DNA from: an uncultured Bacteroides sp.
GTDB taxonomy: Bacteria; Bacteroidota; Bacteroidia; Bacteroidales; Bacteroidaceae
Direction: 5' to 3'
NCBI GenBank assembly: GCA_948847595.1
Contig: CAQOGY010000014.1
Location: 6,064-70,063 of the forward strand
Length of the DNA: 64,000 nucleotides
The position numbers and the translations under genes were made by a program. Under the pieces are notes generated by a model, which saw nothing but the letters and a program-made list of their open reading frames with translations, was not told the origin of the DNA and ran no database searches. Of this stretch, positions 9,505-18,038 are shown one piece after another. How positions within the stretch are numbered: the stretch's first letter is position 1; every line of letters begins with the position of its first letter.

Positions 9505-11664
9505 TTATAGCCCCCATTTTTTATTAGCTTTATTATCCGCTTTATATTCAATAAAGCCACCATTGACTATTTCTGCCCAGTCAATCCATGTTTTATTGCT
9601 TTTTACATCGTTTATTTTCATACCATTGATATAAGATTTGGAAAAATCTCCTCCTTTTATTTTCAGCTTTCCTTTAGGAAAGTGTAAAGTGATGTTATTA
9701 AAATATGGCAGACTAACGCTAAATCCGGCTATTCCGGGAATCATAGGATACAACCCGATGGAAGCAAATACATACCATGATCCCATTGAACCGCAATCAT
9801 CATTTCCCGGCATACCATCTGCTTTGGAAGTGTACATCTCATTTAATATCCGGTGTACTGTTTCCGATGTTTTATAAGGGCGGTCTGTCCAGTTATATAT
9901 CCAGGGAACCTGGAAGTCAGGTTCATTACCTGCAGCAAAGTAATGATCATCGTAGCCGGCATTCAGACGTACAAACAGACTGTCCAGTCGATTAGATGCA
10001 GCTTTTTTACCTCCGATGGTATCAATCAGTGTTTCCAGGTTATGGGGCACCATCCAAAAATAGTTTTCTTTGGTTGCTTCGCGCCAGTCATGATCGGGAT
10101 GTTTCCAGTTTAAGTCATGATTGTGGCGTGAACGTAGCCATCTGGTGGACGGATCATATAAATTCTTCCAATTTAATGAGCGTTTCATAAAGAAAGAAGC
10201 CTCCTTTTTATTTTTCATGGCTTGAAGAGCAAACTGCCCTATAGCATAGTCTGAGGATACATATTCAAGACATAAGGAGGCGTTTTCTATCCCCTTTTCT
10301 ATATAATTAGATAGTCCGGGACGTACTTCTACATTCTGTGAGTAAGTCCCTGGAGTACAGGCGCCACGTTTCATGTGCTTATAAGCCGTTTGAATATCGA
10401 AGTTCTGTGCGCCAAATGCATACGTATTGGCAATGATGATAGACATCGGGTCACCATGCATTACGCCGGTTTCTATATTAGCGGCGATCCATCGTCCATA
10501 GCCTCCGGCTTGCTCGGCAAAATCTATGGCAGATTGCATCATGTCGGAGGCTTCTTGAGGATAGAACATGGCCAACAGCTGACATTGGGTACGATACGTA
10601 TCCCATCCGCTGAAAGTAGTATAGTATTCTCTTCCGAATGTCACCTTATGAACAGCAAAATCGGCTCCTATATATTCTCCATTTATATCATTGAATATAT
10701 TGGGATGGATGAGTGTATGATACCAGTGAGTGTAGAATTGGGTTAGCTTATCAGGATTATCCGAATGAACTTCTATTTTTCCCAGTTGCTTGTTCCACTC
10801 GTGTCGTGTATCCGAAAGTACTTGTTGGTAATTACGGTTCTCGTTATCCATCCGCAGATTTTCTTTGGCATTCTCAACCGAAACGTACGATATGGCGATT
10901 TTATATTCAACCGAAGCACTCTGTTCCGTATCAAAGGTAAAATATCCACCGGACTGGGCTCCTCCGATTTGTTTTCTGTCTTCTCTGATGCTATTTCCTT
11001 TCCAGGTTCCATATTCTTTTGCCTTGTGATTAAACTCAGCGGCAAAAAATATCCGGTAATCAGTTTTATAACCGCAGAAATCTCCGCCTTCCGCATATCC
11101 TTCACAGGAAGAAGGTGAAGTTATTTTGATATAGGCGTTAGAAAGGGTTGTGGAACTGACTCCTGCCCCAATCAATACGGTACCTTCTTTTTTATCAGCA
11201 GGAAATATGAACCGGGCTATTCCGCTGCGTTTTGAAACAGTAACGTCGCAGATAATATCATCTTTCATTTGTAGAGATAAACATCCGGCTGTTGCTTCTC
11301 TTATTTCTTTATAGGTCGGAAAATCTTCCATATTTTTAGGAGACTTTGTCACTTTCCCACTGATGGGCAGTACCGGGAAATTGCCCATATGCGGACATCC
11401 GGAACCGGACATCTGATTGACTACGATGCCTTTTTGCGGTGAAAAGAAAGAAGGTGTGAATTGCATCATTCCAAACGGATAGCTGGCACCAATATAGGTA
11501 AATCCGCAGCTTAATCCATTTCCTTTGCTTCCTATGCGTGTATCAACCATTTGAGCATAGTTCGTTTGGGGGGCTTGCCCGGCATTTTGAGCAATGTTTG
11601 TACTTGGGATAAATAAAATGAAGGATAAACTAATCATCCATTTTATACGATTGTTGGTCTTCAT
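9505..11664 (-). CDS. GH92 alpha-mannosidase
   Basis: GASYPFGMMQFTP, FSGWDTYRT, GNEPDFQ, PGNDDCGSMGSWYVFASIGLYP motifs; signal peptide. Confidence 0.95.
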   Translation of the reverse strand: MKTNNRIKWMISLSFILFIPSTNIAQNAGQAPQTNYAQMVDTRIGSKGNGLSCGFTYIGASYPFGMMQFTPSFFSPQKGIVVNQMSGSGCPHMGNFPVLPISGKVTKSPKNMEDFPTYKEIREATAGCLSLQMKDDIICDVTVSKRSGIARFIFPADKKEGTVLIGAGVSSTTLSNAYIKITSPSSCEGYAEGGDFCGYKTDYRIFFAAEFNHKAKEYGTWKGNSIREDRKQIGGAQSGGYFTFDTEQSASVEYKIAISYVSVENAKENLRMDNENRNYQQVLSDTRHEWNKQLGKIEVHSDNPDKLTQFYTHWYHTLIHPNIFNDINGEYIGADFAVHKVTFGREYYTTFSGWDTYRTQCQLLAMFYPQEASDMMQSAIDFAEQAGGYGRWIAANIETGVMHGDPMSIIIANTYAFGAQNFDIQTAYKHMKRGACTPGTYSQNVEVRPGLSNYIEKGIENASLCLEYVSSDYAIGQFALQAMKNKKEASFFMKRSLNWKNLYDPSTRWLRSRHNHDLNWKHPDHDWREATKENYFWMVPHNLETLIDTIGGKKAASNRLDSLFVRLNAGYDDHYFAAGNEPDFQVPWIYNWTDRPYKTSETVHRILNEMYTSKADGMPGNDDCGSMGSWYVFASIGLYPMIPGIAGFSVSLPYFNNITLHFPKGKLKIKGGDFSKSYINGMKINDVKSNKTWIDWAEIVNGGFIEYKADNKANKKWGL

Positions 11665-11715
11665 GAGGTATTTTATCTTTTAAGATTAATTGCATGCAAA
11701 TTAAATAAAGCATTA

Positions 11716-11751
11716 TTAATTGCAGAATTAAAATCGGGTTAATTAACCGGA
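11716..11751. promoter_or_regulatory. Candidate PUL1 operator, copy B
   Basis: TTAATTgcagAATTAAaatcGGGTTAATTAAcCGGA between divergent GH92 and regulator genes. Confidence 0.7.
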
Positions 11752-11848
11752 CCTTTTTTTTAATCCTACTATTTATTTCTGGTGGCAAAACGATGGCATT
11801 ATGATTTTAAGCAGTATCTTTACCACCGTGAACGTAAGTCTTAATAGT

Positions 11849-14443
11849 ATGATTGATAGTGCAAAATATAAATATCTAATTATCGAATTGATAGCTATAC
11901 TAATTGCAACACCTCATTTAAGCGCTCAAGGTCTGCAGTTTTTTGGAAATAAAGTACCGATTGAACAACGGACTTCCTATACTATTTTCTCGAAAAAACA
12001 AACTCCGGTTTTCTCTAATTTTATCGATATAGAGTTTGAATTAAGAATATCTCAGAGTGAAACTTTCGGGTATCTGTTTCATATGCTCAATCCGATAAGT
12101 GATGAGGCATACAGTCTGACATATACCTATGTAAGTGAAAAGAATAGTGTTTTTAAATTTAATACCGAAGGAAAGGTTAATCATATTTCAGTCACTGTGC
12201 CTAATGACTCTGTTATCTCACAATGGTTGCCTGTAAAATTAAGAATTGATCTTCTGAAGGGTGAAAGTCTGTTGATGATTGCCGGCAAGAGAGAATATGG
12301 AGCAAATTCTGTTGCTCCGTCCAATCAAACGTCTCCTGTACTTATTTTCGGACGTAGGGAACATCTGGTGGATTTGCCGGCATTTGCTATCCGTAATCTG
12401 AAAGTATCCGGTGAAAGGCAGAACTATTCTTTTGATTTGAATGAGAGCCAAGGACATGAGGTGCACAGTAGTGACGGTAAAATACTGGGATGGGTAGAGA
12501 ATCCTTATTGGTTAATAGGAGATTCTTATCATTGGAGGAAAGATATTTCTTTCATTGTTTCTCAATGTGTGGGATCAAAGTTTAACTGTAAAGAGCAGGA
12601 AATACAATTTATCAGTCCCGATTCGTTATTTACCTATCAGACTGCAAAAAAGCGAATGCTGCGAAGACCATATGCGAGTAGGATGCCGGTAAAAATGCTC
12701 TTGGGAACTAATTTTATTAATGAATCGGCCAATCAAATGTATGCTTATGAGATAAACAACCTGCCTGTTGACAGTATCACCATATCGTCTCTGGATTTGT
12801 CCACGCTGCAATGGGAGCCTATAGGAAGAGCATACTCTAAAGTCCAGTTACATCATCATAATGGTTTTTGGGACAATAAGAATCATCGTTATATAGTATT
12901 TGGAGGATTCGGAAATAGATTATATAGTAATAAGTTTTTGGTCTACAATGAAGGAGTAGACCGGTGGGATACTTTGCAATTTAAAGGAGACAATATAACT
13001 CCCCGCTTTTTCTCTTCAATGACCTCTTCTGCACAAGGCAACTATTTGTATATATATGGCGGGGTAGGCAATGAATCCGGCGACCAGAGCATTGGGCATA
13101 ATTATTATAATGATTTGTATGGTATTGATTTGGAACGTCGTATCATAAAACGATACTGGAGCCATCCTGTGGAAGAGAAGCGTGTACCTTCCGAGCAGAT
13201 GATTTTATCCGAAGACGGAAAGTATCTTTATGTGATTCGCTATGCAGAGTACATAAAAACGTCCAGTTTGCAGTTGTACAGAATATCCATAGAGGATGGT
13301 AATATGGAAGCATTGGGAGATTCTATTCCGTTTGTTTCCGGATCGATTATTTCTACCGTATCTTTATATTATAATCCGACATTAAAAGAGTACTATTGTG
13401 TAGCGCAAGAATGCAATGAGCAGGCTAAACAGGTAAGAGCTACCATTTATACTTTATCTGCACCTCCTGTGAGTAAGGCAGAGATGGAATATTATGTTTC
13501 GGGTGAGAAAAGCATTGGATGGTCAAAATTGATATTGCTATTTGCAGTTCTGTGTATAGCGGCATTGAGTATTTGGATGTTTGGCTTTCGTAAGAGGAGG
13601 AAGACTCAAAAGGAAGTTGTTCAAAGTCGTCCTGTCACATTTTCGTCCGGTGGTCATTCTGCAACGGCCCCGATGAACTCGCTGCTCACTTCGGAAACGA
13701 AGATTCGTACGAATGATAAAAAAGAAGCCAACCGGATCTATATATATGGTATGTTTACTGTTTATAACCGGGACGGGCGTGATGTAACTCATTTATTCAG
13801 TAAGAAGCTGAAGTATATCTTTTTATATATTCTGTTGAATAGCATTAAAGAAGGGGAAGGGGTAAGTTCATCTTCTTTGAATGAGATATTCTGGCCGGAC
13901 AAGGAAGAAGATAAAGCCAAAAATCTGAAGGGAGTTACTATCAGTAATTTGCGTAAGACACTATTGGAACTCGATGGTATTAGATTGGTCTATGACAAAG
14001 GTGTTTTTAAAATAGAAATAGAAGATGCTATCTGTTTTTGCGATTATTTCAATTTGCATATACATTTAGCTACGCATCCCCAGTCGTGTGAATACTTCCT
14101 GCCAATATGGGAAAGAGGAAAGTTGCTGGAGAATATCGAGCATTCATTGTTCGATAAGTATAAGCAACGTTCGGAAGACACTATTCTTTCATTGCTTCCT
14201 AAGGATTTGCCGGTTTATTATCAGCATAATGAATATCGTTATGTGTTGCGCATCTGTTTCATTATTCTGAATAGAGATCCGTTGAATGAGAAAGCATTGA
14301 TGTATAGTGTCAGATGCTATAAAAAGATGAATGACTTTGAGAATCTTTCCAAAATATACTCGGCTTTCATTATTGAATATCGTAAAAGTATGGGAGAGGA
14401 CTATACCCAAACGATAGAAGATTTGCTTTTGGAAGAGAGTTAA
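11849..14443 (+). CDS. Membrane-spanning one-component PUL regulator (periplasmic Kelch propeller, TM, cytoplasmic OmpR/SARP-like wHTH plus TPR/BTAD-like tail)
   Basis: Signal peptide; Kelch repeats (YIVFGGFG, YLYIYGGVG); TM LILLFAVLCIAALSIWMFGF-RKRRK; LNEIFWPDK..NLKGVTISNLRK wHTH; DPLNEKAL BTAD-like. Start moved from 11801 to 11849 because a TATCTTTA promoter-like box lies at 11815-11822. Confidence 0.8.
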   Translation: MIDSAKYKYLIIELIAILIATPHLSAQGLQFFGNKVPIEQRTSYTIFSKKQTPVFSNFIDIEFELRISQSETFGYLFHMLNPISDEAYSLTYTYVSEKNSVFKFNTEGKVNHISVTVPNDSVISQWLPVKLRIDLLKGESLLMIAGKREYGANSVAPSNQTSPVLIFGRREHLVDLPAFAIRNLKVSGERQNYSFDLNESQGHEVHSSDGKILGWVENPYWLIGDSYHWRKDISFIVSQCVGSKFNCKEQEIQFISPDSLFTYQTAKKRMLRRPYASRMPVKMLLGTNFINESANQMYAYEINNLPVDSITISSLDLSTLQWEPIGRAYSKVQLHHHNGFWDNKNHRYIVFGGFGNRLYSNKFLVYNEGVDRWDTLQFKGDNITPRFFSSMTSSAQGNYLYIYGGVGNESGDQSIGHNYYNDLYGIDLERRIIKRYWSHPVEEKRVPSEQMILSEDGKYLYVIRYAEYIKTSSLQLYRISIEDGNMEALGDSIPFVSGSIISTVSLYYNPTLKEYYCVAQECNEQAKQVRATIYTLSAPPVSKAEMEYYVSGEKSIGWSKLILLFAVLCIAALSIWMFGFRKRRKTQKEVVQSRPVTFSSGGHSATAPMNSLLTSETKIRTNDKKEANRIYIYGMFTVYNRDGRDVTHLFSKKLKYIFLYILLNSIKEGEGVSSSSLNEIFWPDKEEDKAKNLKGVTISNLRKTLLELDGIRLVYDKGVFKIEIEDAICFCDYFNLHIHLATHPQSCEYFLPIWERGKLLENIEHSLFDKYKQRSEDTILSLLPKDLPVYYQHNEYRYVLRICFIILNRDPLNEKALMYSVRCYKKMNDFENLSKIYSAFIIEYRKSMGEDYTQTIEDLLLEES

Positions 14444-14462
14444 TCAATCATTTGTTTTTATA

Positions 14463-15590
14463 TCAGCATGATACTTCTTTTTTAAACCATACACCAAATA
14501 CAGGATCAGCCAGAATGATTTCTTTTCCGTCTGTTTCTATTAGTTCTTTTTGTAGTAATGCACTCTTCAGCCGAACGATATTGGCAGAGGTTCCGAGGTT
14601 ATATTTTAGAATGATCTCCTTACTGCTAAATTTAGAGTGTATCCCATCGATGACCGCTTTTAGGAAATTCATCTGATAAGCGGAGAGATTTTCAGTTTCG
14701 CTTTGAAAAAGAATATTGTTTTGGTCTAGTAAATCTTCCAGAGCATGAGTCAGCTGTTCCTCTGTTGCTATATCGGTGGTGCGTATCCAAAGCAACCAGG
14801 CAAGTTGTTGTACGTAGGAAGAGTGATTGTCCACAAGGCGACAGATTTCTTTGGCAAGCTCGGGTGAAATGTGCTTCCCGGTATTTTCAAAGCGTTTGCA
14901 GATATATTCTATCCAATATTTAGTCTCTATTTTGGTGAGATAGATCGCATCTCCGAATTTGTAGAATGGAAGATTCTTTTTTTCGAAAAGTTCATTCATC
15001 AGATGTTTCTTACTTCCAAAAAGGCAATATGAGACATGCTGCTGTAGTTGCCACACCGTACGTAGCTTTTTCTGAAATGTTTTTGAATCCTCAAAATCTG
15101 AGATTTGTTGGAACTCGTCAATGCAGATCACTATTTGAATCCCTTTTTCTATCGCAATCTTTTCAGGTAATTGCAAGATATCATTTCCGGCATTATCCTG
15201 CATGCTATACTCAAAAGAGATAGAAAAGTCGTTCATAGGGTCTGTGCCAATGGAAATTTTGGGATTGATATGTGCGAGAAATTGTTTGGTGTTCTCAACC
15301 CACTCGTCCCATTTGGAAGAAGTTTGTTTTAATACAGAAGTAGCAAAAAGACGATAGAATTCGCTTTCGGTACGACAGGAGAAAATGTCTAAATAGACTA
15401 TCTTTCTGGTCTTTGTTTGAGCTAGCTGGGCTACTTTCTTCACAAGCGATGTTTTCCCCCATCTTCTTGGGGATATAAGTATTGTGTTCACACCATGTGT
15501 GAAATTAAGGAGCAGACGCTGGGTTTCTTTCTCTCGATCGGTGAAGTTATCTCCGGAAGTGGCTACACCAAAAACAAATGGCTTTTCCAT
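14463..15590 (-). CDS. AAA/archaeal-type P-loop ATPase with C-terminal winged helix
   Basis: Walker A SPRRWGKTS, Walker B ICIDEFQ, N-terminal PFVFG..NFTDREKE typical of the ATPase_2 family. Start taken at MEKPF (ATG 15590), just downstream of a TATATTTG box at 15615-15622. Confidence 0.85.
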   Translation of the reverse strand: MEKPFVFGVATSGDNFTDREKETQRLLLNFTHGVNTILISPRRWGKTSLVKKVAQLAQTKTRKIVYLDIFSCRTESEFYRLFATSVLKQTSSKWDEWVENTKQFLAHINPKISIGTDPMNDFSISFEYSMQDNAGNDILQLPEKIAIEKGIQIVICIDEFQQISDFEDSKTFQKKLRTVWQLQQHVSYCLFGSKKHLMNELFEKKNLPFYKFGDAIYLTKIETKYWIEYICKRFENTGKHISPELAKEICRLVDNHSSYVQQLAWLLWIRTTDIATEEQLTHALEDLLDQNNILFQSETENLSAYQMNFLKAVIDGIHSKFSSKEIILKYNLGTSANIVRLKSALLQKELIETDGKEIILADPVFGVWFKKEVSC

Positions 15591-15637
15591 GCTTATCTTT
15601 TTGTTGGAACCTTGCAAATATAGCGATTCTTTAATAA

Positions 15638-15685
15638 ACTAACAAGTTTGTTACTAACAAAGTTGTTAGTAATAAACTTGTTAGT
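15638..15685. promoter_or_regulatory. 23-bp inverted repeat containing four ACTAACAA boxes in the ATPase promoter
   Basis: ACTAACAAgtttgttACTAACAA-ag-TTGTTAGTaataaacTTGTTAGT, 22/23 complementary. Confidence 0.7.
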
Positions 15686-15885
15686 CATTAACGATGCAAC
15701 CTTTGTTTATATGCCAGTGTTCCAATTATTTAATTTGTAATTAACGCTCGAAGGGCTTGAGGACTTAACAAAGGCTTTTTTATGTAACTTTGTAGTCGTA
15801 ATAACAACAATAAAACTCAAATTAAAATCTGGAATCTGTCGGATCGCATTGATAACTTGAATTCAATATGCCACACAGTGATTTG

Positions 15886-16537
15886 ATAGTAGTTTTGCTC
15901 TCATGCTCTAATGAAAGGTCTGTATTCCTTTATTCATCGTAGTTTCAGGTATGGTAGCAAGTGTGGTGGCAGGTATGAGAGCAAGCGTTTGCTCTCACTC
16001 TTCCATATATCATTGTTTGTCATTTGTTTGATATTATCTTTTGATTTACAGGATGTTAATAACTGAAGTGTCAACTATTAATGATTGGTATATCAGACAT
16101 TAATAAATGAGAAATCAGCCTTTAATGGTTGATAACTCAGTTGTTTTTGACTGATAAATGATTTATTGTTTCTTGGAAGAGCAGGTTAATCGAACAGTTG
16201 TTACGGTCAAGTTAATTGAATCATATAAGTAAGCCATCAGTTTCCTGCCTTGGATACTGCAGTGTCCCGCCTTGGGAACTGCAGTATCTTGCCTTGGGAA
16301 CTATCGTTTCCCGCCTTGGGAACTATCGTTTCCTTCCTGGATACTGTCGTTTCTGCTTCGGAAATCATTTCTCCGATAATAGGAGGTTATCTTCCATTTC
16401 CGATATAAGCGGCGCCTTCCCTGTTTATACCGGTGTTGCAGATGGTGGTATCTGTCACTTATCTGCAACAGGTATCTGCAACGCTGTAATCAAATGTTGA
16501 TTAAATAGTTATTTCGATTTTGTTGCAGATGGCAGAT
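15886..16537 (+). repeat. Composite non-coding repeat element, copy 1
   Basis: 15886-16221 is collinear with the reverse complement of about 31871-32206. Contains TGAGAGCAA hairpin, 22-bp TTAAT array, 22-bp GTTTC array and TTGCAGAT module. Confidence 0.85.
16239..16366. repeat. Tandem array of six ~22-bp units NGTTTC-N7/8-GRAACT-NN
   Basis: Units start at 16239, 16261, 16283, 16305, 16327 and 16348. Confidence 0.9.
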
Positions 16538-16649
16538 GTTTTTCATTTATAACTTCTGTGTAGTATCGTGGAAAAATAGCTTTTCAACTTCTGGAGTTTC
16601 GCTTTTTTACGCTTGTTCTATCCATCCATACTCTTAAAACTTGCAAATT

Positions 16650-16734
16650 CCTTCCAATCGTTTCACAGAACCTTCCAAGCCTGTTTTTTTGTTCCGGTAG
16701 TATGATTTTATTTAGTTATTAACTTCTATATTTG
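16650..16734 (+). promoter_or_regulatory. Promoter of pilus-like locus with tandem CCTTCCAA boxes
   Basis: TATATTTG (-7 box) at 16727-16734; CCTTCCAA at 16650 and 16671 (21-bp spacing). Confidence 0.55.
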
Positions 16735-16753
16735 TTCACAGAAACGAACAATT

Positions 16754-18031
16754 ATGAAAAACGGGATCTATACATGCGTTATTCTCATGGCATTTCTTGC
16801 TTTATCAGAAAGTGTGTATGCAGCGATTCCGGTTCTCACGGTTGCGAGTGACACTATCAGGCGGGTGGTGATATATTTCGATAAGGAAGAAACAGATATT
16901 GATTTTAGTTATAAAACTAATAATCATGAAATTAATGTTTTAGATTCTTTGCTTGAAGAAAAAATAAATTCAAGATATATCACTGCGCTCAATGTGGTCA
17001 CTTTTGTATCGCCTGACGGAGATTCGGTTTACAATGCCGCATTATCTGTCCGAAGAAACAATTCGATGAGAGAGTTCTTAAGGCAACGTTATCCGTATGT
17101 TGATGTCGAAAAGATTAAACTTACTTCGGAAGGAGAAGATTGGTCTGAACTTCGTAAGTTGGTGGCGTCGGATTCAGACTTGCCGGACCGGGAAGAAGTC
17201 TTGATGTTGATAGATTATCATCGGGATAACACTGTGAAGCGAAAAGAACTGTTGCAGAAGTTGAATCAGGGAATGGCTTACCGATACATTGTCCGCAATG
17301 TGTTACCTGAGTTGAGACGCGCTGAGATTACGGTTGTCCGGGAGGTTCCGGAAATGGAAAAGAATACTTTTGAACCGGTATCTTCTGTCTCCGGATTGTT
17401 TGTTTCAAAGCAGGAAGAGGCGCTTCCGAGCGATCAACCTGATAAGCCGGAGGGAGAAAGTAAAGAGAGTATGGCTTATGAGGTGGTAGTGTCGGAGGCA
17501 GAAGGGCCGGTTGAAAGTAAAACGGTGCTTGCAGTGAAGAATAATCTGTTGTACGATTTGGCGTTGGCGCCGAATCTGGAAGTAGAGATTCCGGTAGGCA
17601 AAAGGTGGTCTTTAAATGCTGAATACAAATGTCCGTGGTGGCTGAACAGTAAACATGATTTCTGTTATCAGCTTCTTTCGGGAGGAGTGGAAGGACGTTG
17701 CTGGTTGGGCAATCGTCAGAAGCGCAACCGGTTGACAGGACATTTTATTGGGCTTTATGCTGAAGGTGGAATTTACGATTTCCAGTGGAAGGGAGACGGT
17801 TATCGGGGCGATTATTACGGAGCTGCGGGAGTGACCTACGGGTATGCGCGGCAACTGGCTCGCCATCTGTCGCTCGAATTTAGCTTCGGCATCGGGTATC
17901 TGACAACAGAATATAAGAAATATACTCCTTACGAGGGGGATATCGTGTGGACAACTAGTGGACGTTATAACTTTATAGGTCCTACCAAGGCGAAAGTCTC
18001 TCTGGTATGGCTGATAAAAAGAGGGAGATAA
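16754..18031 (+). CDS. DUF3575 outer-membrane beta-barrel protein with N-terminal OmpA-like domain (type V pilus-associated)
   Basis: IYFD, SPDG..YNAALS..R and GEDW in the N-domain; AVKNNLLYD..PNLEVE and IGPTKAKVSLVW in the C-terminal barrel. Confidence 0.88.
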   Translation: MKNGIYTCVILMAFLALSESVYAAIPVLTVASDTIRRVVIYFDKEETDIDFSYKTNNHEINVLDSLLEEKINSRYITALNVVTFVSPDGDSVYNAALSVRRNNSMREFLRQRYPYVDVEKIKLTSEGEDWSELRKLVASDSDLPDREEVLMLIDYHRDNTVKRKELLQKLNQGMAYRYIVRNVLPELRRAEITVVREVPEMEKNTFEPVSSVSGLFVSKQEEALPSDQPDKPEGESKESMAYEVVVSEAEGPVESKTVLAVKNNLLYDLALAPNLEVEIPVGKRWSLNAEYKCPWWLNSKHDFCYQLLSGGVEGRCWLGNRQKRNRLTGHFIGLYAEGGIYDFQWKGDGYRGDYYGAAGVTYGYARQLARHLSLEFSFGIGYLTTEYKKYTPYEGDIVWTTSGRYNFIGPTKAKVSLVWLIKRGR

Positions 18032-18038
18032 GGACGTT

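Noticed and set aside
16216..16500. 94-aa ORF (TTG start)
   Set aside because: Runs through 22-bp repeats whose period is not a multiple of 3; no protein-like motifs; no equivalent in element copy 2.
16600..16753. Invertible (phase-variable) promoter for the pilus locus
   Set aside because: No flanking inverted repeats found (TCACAGAA copies are direct) and no adjacent recombinase.
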